Below are positions 50,829 to 60,414 of a stretch of DNA of 64,000 nt, one piece after another. The stretch comes from Candidatus Latescibacterota bacterium. Lineage in GTDB: Bacteria > Latescibacterota > UBA2968 > UBA8231. The notes under the pieces are model-generated. The model saw only the letters and a program-made list of their open reading frames with translations. It was not told the origin of the DNA and ran no database searches. The position numbers and the translations under genes were made by a program. The stretch is from contig CBDCDC010000002.1 of assembly GCA_965215195.1 (NCBI GenBank), forward strand, positions 1,664,001 through 1,728,000, read 5' to 3'. Position 1 is the first letter of the stretch. Every line of letters starts with the position of its first letter.

Positions 50829-52193
50829 GTCCCAGCGCCTCAGTGTACACAAGGCGATGCGGCGCGTAGTGGATTTTATTCTGAAGGCATGACTAGAACG
50901 CAGGGGCGCGACCCAAGCTATTTCCTCTCCCCGGGCCAGCACCAGCACTTCGTCGCGCGAGATTTTCGGCCACTTGGCGTCGATGAGAAAGTCGCTCACC
51001 TTTTTGTGCCCTTCCATGCCCAGCGGCTGAAAGCGATCGCCCGGCCGCAGGCTGCGCACTTGCACCCGCTCGCCGAGGCGATCCGCGTCTAAAGCCACCT
51101 GTGCGCCCCCTAACTGGGCCTTGTCGAAGTGCTCCGGGGAGACGACTTGGACGCGGATTTTCGCGCCGTGCTCTCTTAGCACCAGCGCGCCGGGTATGTC
51201 AAAACAGCGCGCGACCGGCGGCCGGCGGCCGCGACGCAGGATGTAGCGCGTACCGCAGCCCTGTCCCCTCAGCCTAGCACCCAGCACCCGCAGGCGCTTG
51301 TCGCCGGCCCCAATCCAGCCTCTCACCTGCTCAACGCGGGCAAAATCAAAAGGGCCCTCTGCGGCGGCGAGGCCCTGGAGCACAGCGCGCAACACGCGCC
51401 GTTGCACGGCTATATGATAAGCGAGAAGCCTAGTACTATCAAGGGCTACCTTGTCGTTGCAACGCTCACAAACCACTGTATCTAAAGCCTCTTGGGTTAG
51501 CTCGGCGAGCAGGTCGTCCTCGGCCTTGAGAAGCGCGGCCGTGCGATTTAGAACCTCGGCGATGTTAGGATTATAGCTCTTGAGCAAGGGCATTAGTTCC
51601 CGGCGCACCCGATTGCGCAAAAAGCGCGAGTCGCGGTTGGAGGGGTCCTCTCGGTAGCGCAAGCCCCGCTGGTGCGCGTATTTTTCGATTTCAGCGCGCC
51701 GCACCCGCAGCAGCGGCCGCAGATAGCGGCCCTCGCGCACAATCTCCATCCCCCCTAAGCCGGTGGCACCGCTGCCGCGCAACAGGCGCAAGATCACGGT
51801 CTCGGCTTGGTCGTCGGCGTGGTGCCCCAAGGCGATGAATTCGGCCCCGACTTGGCCGGCGACTTGGTCGAGAAAGGCGTAGCGCTGCCGCCGACCTGCT
51901 TCCTCCAGCGACAGGCCTTCGGTTCGGGCGTAAGCCCCCACGTCGCGTCGCTCTGTCGAGCAGGGCAGTCCGCGCCGCTTTGCCTCGTCGGCGACAAAGC
52001 GGCTGTCGGCCGCCGAATTCGGACGCAGCGCGTGGTCCAAGTGCGCCACGTGCAACTGGTATCCTAGGCCATCCAAGACATCGAGCAGCACGGTCGAATC
52101 GACGCCGCCCGACGCAGCGATGACTACGCCGGCACCGGCCTCCAATCCTGCCTCCTGTAGCACTTGCCGCACCCTAGCGACTATGGCTTCCAT
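50808..52193 (-). CDS. tilS: tRNA(Ile)-lysidine synthetase
   Basis: SGGVDS, HLDHALR, GHHADDQAET, RPLL, DPSN, RNRVR; probable ATG at 52193. Confidence 0.93.
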   Translation of the reverse strand: MEAIVARVRQVLQEAGLEAGAGVVIAASGGVDSTVLLDVLDGLGYQLHVAHLDHALRPNSAADSRFVADEAKRRGLPCSTERRDVGAYARTEGLSLEEAGRRQRYAFLDQVAGQVGAEFIALGHHADDQAETVILRLLRGSGATGLGGMEIVREGRYLRPLLRVRRAEIEKYAHQRGLRYREDPSNRDSRFLRNRVRRELMPLLKSYNPNIAEVLNRTAALLKAEDDLLAELTQEALDTVVCERCNDKVALDSTRLLAYHIAVQRRVLRAVLQGLAAAEGPFDFARVEQVRGWIGAGDKRLRVLGARLRGQGCGTRYILRRGRRPPVARCFDIPGALVLREHGAKIRVQVVSPEHFDKAQLGGAQVALDADRLGERVQVRSLRPGDRFQPLGMEGHKKVSDFLIDAKWPKISRDEVLVLARGEEIAWVAPLRSSHAFRIKSTTRRIALCTLRRWDGASPRL

Positions 52194-52274
52194 AGCGTCG
52201 TTCCCATCGCGCAAAAACAGAAATTTCCCCTGCGCAAGTAATGGGGAAAGGCAAATTAGACGAAGAGATGCCCC

Positions 52275-52305
52275 TTGACAAATGAACTAATGTGCAGTAT
52301 ATAAT
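52275..52305 (+). promoter_or_regulatory. lexA promoter with candidate SOS box
   Basis: TTGACA (-35), TATATA/TATAAT (-10), and TGAAC-TAAT-GTGCA (52283-52296) in the spacer. Confidence 0.65.
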
Positions 52306-52352
52306 TTCAGGTTCGCTTTCATCTTTCTTCCCTAAGTTATGGAGATACCCTC

Positions 52353-52979
52353 ATGCCCAAGCCCCTAACCGAGCGCCAACAGGCGATTTACGACTTCATC
52401 GCCCATGCCATTCGCGCCGGGGGTCCGCCCACCATCCGCGAGATCATGGATGTCTTTGGAATCAACTCCACCAATGGCGTCCGCACCACCTTGGAGACTT
52501 TAGAGAAAAAGGGCTACATCCGCCGCCGGGCGCGTCGCTCCCGGGGCATAGAACTCGTCGATTACGTCAGGCCCGCCGTCCTTTCCGCCGACCTGCGCGA
52601 AGTGCCCCTCATTGGCCGGGTCGCCGCCGGCACCCCCATCCTCGCCACCCAGAACATCGAGAACACGCTCAACGTCGATGCATCGCTCGTTCCCGCTTCG
52701 GGCGACGTCTTCGCGCTGCGCATCCACGGCGAGAGCATGTGCAACGCCGGGATTCTCGACGGCGACATCGTCATAGCGCGCCAGCAAGACCGCGCCGAGC
52801 GCGGCGATATCGTCGTCGCGCTGCTCGGGGATGAGGCCACAGTCAAGCGCTATGCTCCCGACCCGGACAGCATCCGGCTCCTGCCCGAAAACGAGGCGTT
52901 CGACCCCATCGTCGTCCAGCCCGACGCCGACGGGTTCAGCATCGCCGGCAAAGTGGTGGGCCTCATGCGCCGCTTCTAA
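52353..52979 (+). CDS. lexA: SOS repressor LexA
   Basis: PPTIREI, LEKKGYI, GRVAAG cleavage site, GESM (Ser), ATVKR (Lys). Confidence 0.96.
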   Translation: MPKPLTERQQAIYDFIAHAIRAGGPPTIREIMDVFGINSTNGVRTTLETLEKKGYIRRRARRSRGIELVDYVRPAVLSADLREVPLIGRVAAGTPILATQNIENTLNVDASLVPASGDVFALRIHGESMCNAGILDGDIVIARQQDRAERGDIVVALLGDEATVKRYAPDPDSIRLLPENEAFDPIVVQPDADGFSIAGKVVGLMRRF

Positions 52980-52990
52980 GGTGCGCTCAG

Positions 52991-54319
52991 GTGGATGCTG
53001 CTTTGCGGCGCGTCCACGCGCGCGCCATTTTCGCCGCCGGGGTCGCGGCCGCTGATCCCGGCCGTTGCGTTCACCAAGCCCTCGCGGTCGCCGGCGGTGA
53101 GTTGCGCTGTGGCCCGCTCCACTTTCCCCTCAATGCCATTTCCAGCCTGCGCCTAGTCGGTGCCGGCAAGGCGGCCGCGGCCATGGCCGCGGCCGCCGAA
53201 TCAATCCTCGGCGACCGCATTGACTGCGGGGCCATCAACACTAAGTACGGCCACGCCCTGCCGTTGGCGCGGGTCAAGACCTTTGAAGCCGGGCACCCGG
53301 TCCCAGACCAAGCCGGCGTGGCCGGTACGCACCGCCAACTCGCGCTGCTAGCGGGCTTGGCTCCCGACGCGCTGGTTCTCGGCCTCTTCTCCGGCGGCGG
53401 CTCGGCCCTGCTGCCTGCCCCAGCCGAGGGCCTGACCCTCGCAGAAAAGCAAGAAACCACCCGCCTCCTGCTCGCCTGCGGCGCGACCATCGACGAAATC
53501 AACGCCCTGCGCAAACACCTCTCGGCCATCAAGGGCGGCCTGCTCGCCCGCGCGGCCGCACCCGCCCGCATCGTCGCCCTCATGCTCTCGGACGTCATCG
53601 GCGACCCCCTCGACACCATTGCCTCCGGCCCGACCCACCCAGACGCCACGACCTTTGGCGATTGCCTAGCGATCGTCGATCGCTACGACCTGCGCCACCA
53701 GCTCCCCTCCTCAGTCCTTCAGCACCTCGAAGCTGGTACCCGAGGGAAGCGGCCGGAAACCCCCAAACCCGGGGATCCTTGCTTTGCCTGCGCCGAGAGC
53801 TTGGTCATTGGCAACAGCCGCTTGGCCATTGACGCGGCCGCGCACAAAGCCCGTGCGCTCGGCTACGAGGTGCTCGTCCTCACCAGCCGCTTGCAGGGCG
53901 AGGCGCGCCAAGCCGCGGCCGCGTTGGTCGCCATCGCCCAAGAAATTGCGGAGGCCGACCGCCCCATCGCCCGGCCCGCCTGTCTCATCGCCGGCGGTGA
54001 GACGACCGTCACCTTGCGCAACGACGGCAAGGGCGGGCGCAACCAAGAATTGGCCTTGGCCGCGGCCCTGCAGCTCAACGGTTGGCCCGCCATCACCCTG
54101 CTCTCCGGCGGCACCGACGGCACCGATGGCCCCACCGACGCTGCCGGTGCCCTAGCCGACGGCCAGACCTTGAGCCGCGCCCGCGCCGAGGGCCTCAACG
54201 CCCGTGCCTTCCTCGATCGCCACGACTCCTATCCCTTCTTCGCGGCGTTGGACGACCTCGTCATCACCGGCCCTACGGGCACCAACGTCATGGATCTGCA
54301 AATCGTCCTCATAGCCTGA
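52991..54319 (+). CDS. Glycerate 2-kinase (MOFRL family)
   Basis: GAGKAA, HPVPD, SGGGSAL, RKHLSAIKGG, SDVIGD, GGETTV, GGRNQE, TDGTDG, TGTNVMD. Confidence 0.9.
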   Translation: MDAALRRVHARAIFAAGVAAADPGRCVHQALAVAGGELRCGPLHFPLNAISSLRLVGAGKAAAAMAAAAESILGDRIDCGAINTKYGHALPLARVKTFEAGHPVPDQAGVAGTHRQLALLAGLAPDALVLGLFSGGGSALLPAPAEGLTLAEKQETTRLLLACGATIDEINALRKHLSAIKGGLLARAAAPARIVALMLSDVIGDPLDTIASGPTHPDATTFGDCLAIVDRYDLRHQLPSSVLQHLEAGTRGKRPETPKPGDPCFACAESLVIGNSRLAIDAAAHKARALGYEVLVLTSRLQGEARQAAAALVAIAQEIAEADRPIARPACLIAGGETTVTLRNDGKGGRNQELALAAALQLNGWPAITLLSGGTDGTDGPTDAAGALADGQTLSRARAEGLNARAFLDRHDSYPFFAALDDLVITGPTGTNVMDLQIVLIA

Positions 54320-54387
54320 AAACCGCCCCCTGCGGGAGCTTTTGTGCGCTTGACACTCGGCCACCCTTCCGCTAGCTTCTTGTATCC

Positions 54388-55314
54388 ATGCCCAAGAGCC
54401 TTCTTCCGCTTGCATTCGCCCTGTTGTTGACCGGGGCTGTACACGCCGCCTCGCGCTACGCCGGCGAGTTTCTCGGCTTGGGCGCGGGTGCCCGCTCTGC
54501 GGCCTTGGGCAGCGCCTACGTGGCCCTCGCAGACGACGCCACCGCCGGCTATTGGAATGCGGCCGGCCTATCTGCCCTCAGCAGTCGCCAAGTTCACCTA
54601 ACGCATGCCGAGCACTTCGCCGGCCTCATCCAGCGCGATTTTGTCGCCGTCGCTCGGCCGGGTCGCCTCTTGCACGGCATGGCCCTGAGCTTGGTCCGCA
54701 TGGGCATTGGCGACATCCACTTTACCGAACTGCCGGATCCCCTCCAGCCTCCAAGCACCGACAACCGCCCCCTCATCGCCTCAACCGAGCAAAGCGCGGA
54801 TTACGCCCTGTACCTGTCGGGCAGTCGTCGGCTTGGGGCGCACCTATCCCTCGGGCTAAGCACCAAGGCCATTTACCGCCAAGTCGCCTCCTTCAACGCC
54901 TATGGCTTCGGCCTCGACTTGGGCGTGCGCTACCAATTGAGCCACCAGATCGCGCTGGCGGCTAACGTGCGCGACGCGACCACCACGCCCATCGTCTGGA
55001 ATACGGACAGCACCGATCGCATCCAGCCCTCGCTGCTGTTGGGCGTAGCGTACGCCATACCCATTGCCGAGGGCCAGACCACCGCCCTCCTAGCCACCCG
55101 CTCCGGCGGCGACGCAGCGACCGCCGACGTCCCGCTCAACGCCGGCCTAGAATACCGCCATCGCTACATCGCCTTGCGGGCTGGATTGGAGGAAGGCCGC
55201 CAGTCCTTTGGGCTAGGGCTTACCCCCCACCGCAACCTCGACCTCGACCTCGCCTATTTGCAGCACGATGCGCTCGAAGCAACCTACCAGTTGTCCGCCG
55301 GCTTCCGCTTCTGA
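54388..55314 (+). CDS. PorV/PorQ-like (UPF0164) outer-membrane beta-barrel
   Basis: AGEFLGLGAGARSAALGSAYVALADDATAGYWNAAGL N-terminal signature; C-terminal GFRF. Confidence 0.8.
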   Translation: MPKSLLPLAFALLLTGAVHAASRYAGEFLGLGAGARSAALGSAYVALADDATAGYWNAAGLSALSSRQVHLTHAEHFAGLIQRDFVAVARPGRLLHGMALSLVRMGIGDIHFTELPDPLQPPSTDNRPLIASTEQSADYALYLSGSRRLGAHLSLGLSTKAIYRQVASFNAYGFGLDLGVRYQLSHQIALAANVRDATTTPIVWNTDSTDRIQPSLLLGVAYAIPIAEGQTTALLATRSGGDAATADVPLNAGLEYRHRYIALRAGLEEGRQSFGLGLTPHRNLDLDLAYLQHDALEATYQLSAGFRF

Positions 55315-56194
55315 ACAACCCCGCGTCGGCTACGTAGCCTTGGCCGGTCGCCCCAACGCGGGTAAATCTACCCTCTTCAACGCCTTCTTGGGCCAGCGGC
55401 TCTCCATCGTCACCGCCAAACCGCAGACGACCCGCAGCCGCATCCTCGGCATCCTCACCCGTCCACAGAGCCAAGTAATTTTCTTGGACACGCCGGGCCT
55501 GCTCGACGCTTCCTATAAGCTGCACGAGACCATGGCGCGCCAAATCGACCAAGCCGCCCGCCAAGCCGACCTCGTCTTGCTGCTGTTCGACGCCTCCCGC
55601 CCCAAAGACCGCAGCCCGTTAGTGAAGCACTTCCTAGAGCGCGTACAGGCACCCGTTTTAGCCGCGCTCAACAAGATCGACCTAGTACAACCCGCCCAGC
55701 TAGAGGCTCTGCAAAAAAGCCTCTCGGACGAGTTCGGCATTGCCAGCCCGATCCCGGTCTCCGCTCTGCGCGGCGACCGACTCGGCAAATTGCTGGCGCG
55801 CCTAGAGGCCCAGCTACCCTGCGGCCCCAAGCTCTACCCGGACGATATGATAGCCGAACAGCCCGAGCGGTTTTTTGCCGCCGAGCGCATCCGCGAGGTA
55901 GCTTTTGAGCACCTTGAGGACGAGCTGCCCTACGCCATCAACATCCACATTGAGGAATTCCGCCAGCGCCCAAGCCACAAAACCTACATCCGCGCCATTA
56001 TCTACGTCGGGCGCGAGAGTCAGAAGGGCATTGTCATCGGCAAGAGGGGAATGCGCCTGCGGTCCATCGGACGCCGAGCACGCGCCGCCTTAGAGGAACT
56101 ACTCGACGCGCCCGTCTATATAGAACTATGGGTAAAAGTCCGCCCAAACTGGCGCGACAAAGAGCGCGATTTGCGGGAATTTGGTTATCTCTGA
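55268..56194 (+). CDS. era: GTPase Era
   Basis: GRPNAGKSTL, KPQTTR, DTPG, NKID, SQKGIVIGK, LWVKV. Confidence 0.95.
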   Translation: MRSKQPTSCPPASASEQPRVGYVALAGRPNAGKSTLFNAFLGQRLSIVTAKPQTTRSRILGILTRPQSQVIFLDTPGLLDASYKLHETMARQIDQAARQADLVLLLFDASRPKDRSPLVKHFLERVQAPVLAALNKIDLVQPAQLEALQKSLSDEFGIASPIPVSALRGDRLGKLLARLEAQLPCGPKLYPDDMIAEQPERFFAAERIREVAFEHLEDELPYAINIHIEEFRQRPSHKTYIRAIIYVGRESQKGIVIGKRGMRLRSIGRRARAALEELLDAPVYIELWVKVRPNWRDKERDLREFGYL

Positions 56195-56251
56195 ACCGGA
56201 GAAAGGAACGCCCATGAACGTCCTAGTCGTCGGCAAGGGAGGGCGCGAGGG

Positions 56252-56395
56252 TTAAGGCTTGAGCGAGGTTATTCCCATTATCGAAAGTTGTGAATCTTTC
56301 TGTTTTAGGCGATGGTAAATCATCGAAGCGTCTTTATGATGTTGATCTTTTCGATTTGAAAGGCCGACCCAAGCCCCGGTATCGACAAAAATCAT
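56252..56395 (-). pseudogene. Truncated PIN-domain (VapC-like) toxin
   Basis: Hand translation MIFVDTGAWVGLSNRKDQHHKDASMIYHRLKQKDSQLSIMGITSLKP*; the VDT...D.HH..A N-terminus is VapC-like but the ORF is only 47 aa. Confidence 0.6.
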
Positions 56396-56400
56396 GGTCT

Positions 56401-58962
56401 TTACTCCAGCCCATAAATGATGTCATCATGGTTGACAGAGCCATCGGTTCGATCTGATTCATAGAATCCAACTAAATCGCTGAGAGTCGCATATCCCTTT
56501 TTTCTTCTTTTGAACATATTTTCCGCTTCCAACCCGGGCAATCCCTCCACAATTCCTACTGTCTCCACGCTCACTGCGATGACCTTCCCAATTAGCTTGA
56601 CGATGTACTGCGGATCATCAGCGCGATTCGGATCATTGACGATCCCGCTTCGCCTGTCTGTCTTGACTCTGTACTGATCGACAATCCATTCCAACGCCGA
56701 CCGATTGCCCAGCCGATAGTCAAACGCCGCGGGCGGAATGCCAACCAGCGTCAAGAAATCGTTGTACATAATCTGCGTCTGATCTTTGGACAGCCGCATC
56801 TTCTCCACGCGCCAGTCGAGCGGCAATTCCGAATTCTCGATGAACTCAAGCTGATATTCGGGCACCTCTTCATAGCCGACGTGGATTTCTGCCAATCGCT
56901 TCCCCGCTTTCGCGTACTGCCAAAAATCCGGTTCATAGGGAATGCGCGGCAGTGCGCACTTGAGATTGGCTCGATACCGCTCTCTGTATTCCGGGTGGTG
57001 CAGCAAGCCATACACATAATGGAAAATGTCCCATTTGCCGATGGTGTCGTCTCGGTAGTTCAAGCGGAATCGCGCCAATGCCCAATCGGTGATGTTTTCG
57101 CGGCGGTTTGTTCCGTCCTCGTCGTAGGTGTAGAAGGGGAAGCATTGGGAACCGCCTTGCGGTAGTTGGTCGGGCAGTTTGTTGACCATCAGCGCGAACA
57201 TCGGCCATTCTTGCCCTACCTTAACCCATATCACGCGATTTTTTGTAAAAAGACCGATGCTTACCCCCACCCGAATACCGAATACGTTAGCATCCACAAC
57301 CTTCAATCCCTTGCGTACATTCCCGCCCAAGTCCAAAACGTAAATCGCAGCGAAATCGTCTGCGAGATGTTTTCGCATCCCGTCAAAGGTCTCCCCATCG
57401 AGAAAGCTGTTGTTCGTCACAAAGGCAACCACGCCCTCATCACCAATTCGATCCGACGCCCACCGAATCGCCTTTATGTATGGGTCGTAGAGTTTATTTT
57501 TGAGCGTCGCTTGAGAATCTTTCGCATAAGTATCCCTCACTCGTGCATCCATCGTCTCGTATTTCCGATTCTTATTATTGTCGTTCTCATTGATCTGCCC
57601 GACGTTGTAAGGTGGATTGCCAATGATCACAAACATCTCCGTTTCTTTTTGCTTTTCAACTCTCGCTGTATTCTCCGTCGTGAACAGTGGTATTTGCTCG
57701 TCCTCGGCCAGTTCAAAGGTATCCACCAAGCATATCCCCTCAAACGATTGATAATAGCCCGTGGCCTCATAAAACTCGTGCTCAATGTTCATAGACGCGA
57801 TGTAATACGGCAGCAGCAGCACCTCGTTGCAGTGGAGTTCGGATGCGTACTTGCCTTCGAGTGCAGTCCGGCGAATCTCCCGCATCATGCGGACGATGAA
57901 ATTGCCCGTTCCCACAAACGGGTCGATGATGTGAACGCCAGAATTGGAGAGAGAACGGTCAAACTCGGTCTTCAGAACATGTTCAACGCTTTTTACCATA
58001 AAATCCACAATCGGCTGCGGCGTGTACACAATGCCGTGTGTATCGGCCACCTCAACCGAGAAACCCTGAAAAAATTGCTCGTACACAGTGTTGAGAAAAT
58101 GCTGTTTCTGAGAAAAATCGCCGATGGTTTCCGCAGTGCGCTCAATGGCCACATAAAAGCGGTCGAGGCTCTGGAGAAAATCGTCGCGATTAAACGACCG
58201 CGACGTGAGCGCGTCAATGACCTTTTCGATCTCGGTGGCGATAACATTGCGGCGCGTAAAGTCCGGGTTGCTGAACACCGTGCGGAAAAGCCGCTCGGTC
58301 AAAAGGTGCTGAATGAGCATCTCCTCGACCGCCGCCGCCGAGAGATTCGGGTTGATCGACAACTGACACTTCTCGAAGAAATCAGCAAAGGCTTTGACAA
58401 ACTCCTGATTGCTCTGCCGTTCCTCCCGGATCCTCTCCGCCAACCCTCGCCCAATTTCGGGGACCTTGTCCTTGAACTGCGCCACCGCCGCCTCCCATTC
58501 GGCGATCTCCAGCAGATGGTGCGAAAAGAAAGCTTCGAGCGTTTCAATCAGCCGTTGTGGATCGGTCAGGTCCTCGTCTAAAATGCACTCGCCATTCTGC
58601 CAAAGAATCGCCCGTTCTGGTGTCTGAAATAAGATATTGTCCCTCGGATAACCTGCCGCAAACTTGCGCTGTACCTCGGCTTCCAAGTCGTCGTCAATAT
58701 CCTTCGCCTCCCAAATCCCGTGCAGCAAGTTGAAATCGTCGATCAAAGCTCCATCGACGCGAATTTCTCCGTTGCGCCCGAGGGATATTGAACGTTCAGG
58801 CACGAGCTTCCATTGAACTTGCCGCCCACACAATTCGAGCAGTGCTTGAAATGCCGAGCGCACTGCCCCTTCATGCGTTACCCCGAGCTGCTTAAATTCT
58901 GCGAGCGACTTATAGTATGCTTTGACTGGCTGGTATGTGGGTTTGAGACTGAGCGTCGGCAT
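56401..58962 (-). CDS. Single-chain restriction-modification enzyme (N6-adenine MTase, Type IIG/ISP-like specificity domain), possibly internally deleted
   Basis: RVDG...WEAKD nuclease-like motif, IDPFVGTGNF (motif I), GNPPY (motif IV), YVYGLLH.P.YR.RY, LPRIP, SALEW. Confidence 0.82.
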   Translation of the reverse strand: MPTLSLKPTYQPVKAYYKSLAEFKQLGVTHEGAVRSAFQALLELCGRQVQWKLVPERSISLGRNGEIRVDGALIDDFNLLHGIWEAKDIDDDLEAEVQRKFAAGYPRDNILFQTPERAILWQNGECILDEDLTDPQRLIETLEAFFSHHLLEIAEWEAAVAQFKDKVPEIGRGLAERIREERQSNQEFVKAFADFFEKCQLSINPNLSAAAVEEMLIQHLLTERLFRTVFSNPDFTRRNVIATEIEKVIDALTSRSFNRDDFLQSLDRFYVAIERTAETIGDFSQKQHFLNTVYEQFFQGFSVEVADTHGIVYTPQPIVDFMVKSVEHVLKTEFDRSLSNSGVHIIDPFVGTGNFIVRMMREIRRTALEGKYASELHCNEVLLLPYYIASMNIEHEFYEATGYYQSFEGICLVDTFELAEDEQIPLFTTENTARVEKQKETEMFVIIGNPPYNVGQINENDNNKNRKYETMDARVRDTYAKDSQATLKNKLYDPYIKAIRWASDRIGDEGVVAFVTNNSFLDGETFDGMRKHLADDFAAIYVLDLGGNVRKGLKVVDANVFGIRVGVSIGLFTKNRVIWVKVGQEWPMFALMVNKLPDQLPQGGSQCFPFYTYDEDGTNRRENITDWALARFRLNYRDDTIGKWDIFHYVYGLLHHPEYRERYRANLKCALPRIPYEPDFWQYAKAGKRLAEIHVGYEEVPEYQLEFIENSELPLDWRVEKMRLSKDQTQIMYNDFLTLVGIPPAAFDYRLGNRSALEWIVDQYRVKTDRRSGIVNDPNRADDPQYIVKLIGKVIAVSVETVGIVEGLPGLEAENMFKRRKKGYATLSDLVGFYESDRTDGSVNHDDIIYGLE

Positions 58963-59033
58963 GGTAGAGGCTCCATTTACTCACAATTAAAGTTAGCGTA
59001 TGTTTTCTAACAATAGCAAAAAAGGATCTGCCC

Positions 59034-60383
59034 ATGAACGTCCTAGTGGTCGGCAAAGGAGGGCGCGAACACGCGCTCGTGTGGAAACTGGCGCAGAGCC
59101 AGCGCATCGACAAACTCTACGTCGCCCCCGGCAACCCCGGCATGGCCGCCCTCGCTGAATGCGTCGATATTCGCGTCGATACCCCGGTGGCCGAGCGCGA
59201 AAAACTCGCTGGCGAAATCGAGCGCCTCGTCGCCTTTGCCCACGAGCGGCAAATCGGGCTGACCGTCGTCGGCCCAGACGACGCGCTCGCCGGCGGCATC
59301 GTCGATCGCTTCCGCGCCAGCGGCTTGCCGATCTTCGGCCCCACCGAGGCCGCCGCCCGCATCGAAAGCAGCAAGGTCTTCGCCAAAGAGTTGATGCAGC
59401 GCGTCGGCGTCCCCACCGCCCGGCACCAGAGCTTCACCGACAGCCAAGCCGCCAGTGCCTATATCCGCGAGCAGGGTGCCCCAATCGTAGTCAAGGCCAG
59501 CGGCCTAGCCGCCGGCAAGGGTGCGGTCGTCTGCCACAGTGTGGATAAAGCCCTCGCAGCAGCGCGCGAAATGCTCGACGAAGACGTCTTAGGCGGAGCC
59601 GGCCGCCATATCGTCGTCGAGGAATACATGGCTGGCGAGGAAGCCTCGCTCTTTGCAATCTGCGACGGCGAGCATTTTATCACCCTGACACCCGCCCAAG
59701 ACCACAAACCCATCTACGACAGCGACCAAGGCCCCAATACCGGCGGCATGGGGGCCTACGCTCCGGCACCCGTGATGACGCCGGCCCTCGTGCGCGAGGC
59801 CGAGGAGCGCGTCATCCGACCTGTACTCGCCGAAATGCGCCGGCTGGGCACTCCGTACCAAGGCGTGCTTTACTGCGGGCTGATGTGTACCGACGCGGGC
59901 GTTAAAGTGGTAGAGTTCAACGCCCGCTTCGGCGACCCCGAATGCCAGATCCTCATGCCCCTGCTCAAAACCGACCTCGTCGATTTGCTCACTGCCGCCT
60001 GCGACGGCCGCTTGCACCAAGTGCAAGTCGAATGCGCGCCTCGGGCGGCCGCCTGCGTGGTCATGGCCTCGGACGGCTATCCACAAACTTATGAGAAGGG
60101 CTTTGAGATCCGCGGCTTGGAGGCTTTTGCCGACCGCGACGACATCTTCGTCTTTCACGCCGGCACGGCCCAGCGCGATGGTCGCTTCATTACGGACGGC
60201 GGCCGGGTGCTCGGGGTGACGGCCACGGACGCCGATATCCAAGCTGCTGTCGCCAAAGCCTATTCGGCAGTAGATCAGATCGCCTTTGACAACGCCTATT
60301 GCCGCCGCGACATCGCCTATCGTGCCCTAAGACAGGGGCCAAGGACCAGCCCCAGCACCGCGTCCGGCGGCCGGGTCGGGTGA
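59034..60383 (+). CDS. purD: Phosphoribosylamine-glycine ligase
   Basis: GGREHAL, APGNPG, GLAAGKG, QDHK, GPNTGGMG, EFNARFGDPE, GGRVL. Confidence 0.96.
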   Translation: MNVLVVGKGGREHALVWKLAQSQRIDKLYVAPGNPGMAALAECVDIRVDTPVAEREKLAGEIERLVAFAHERQIGLTVVGPDDALAGGIVDRFRASGLPIFGPTEAAARIESSKVFAKELMQRVGVPTARHQSFTDSQAASAYIREQGAPIVVKASGLAAGKGAVVCHSVDKALAAAREMLDEDVLGGAGRHIVVEEYMAGEEASLFAICDGEHFITLTPAQDHKPIYDSDQGPNTGGMGAYAPAPVMTPALVREAEERVIRPVLAEMRRLGTPYQGVLYCGLMCTDAGVKVVEFNARFGDPECQILMPLLKTDLVDLLTAACDGRLHQVQVECAPRAAACVVMASDGYPQTYEKGFEIRGLEAFADRDDIFVFHAGTAQRDGRFITDGGRVLGVTATDADIQAAVAKAYSAVDQIAFDNAYCRRDIAYRALRQGPRTSPSTASGGRVG

Positions 60384-60414
60384 CTGATCGCTGGCCGGAA
60401 ACAGGCTACTAAAT

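Larger units (their letters stand above)
56210..59068. mobile_element. Lower-GC islet bounded by a 39-bp duplication of the purD start
   Basis: GCCCATGAACGTCCTAGT(C/G)GTCGGCAA(G/A)GGAGGGCGCGA at 56210-56248 and 59030-59068; interior visibly AT-richer. Confidence 0.75.

Noticed and set aside
57166-58581. 471-aa plus-strand ORF
   Set aside because: Antisense shadow of the R-M gene; no recognisable motifs.
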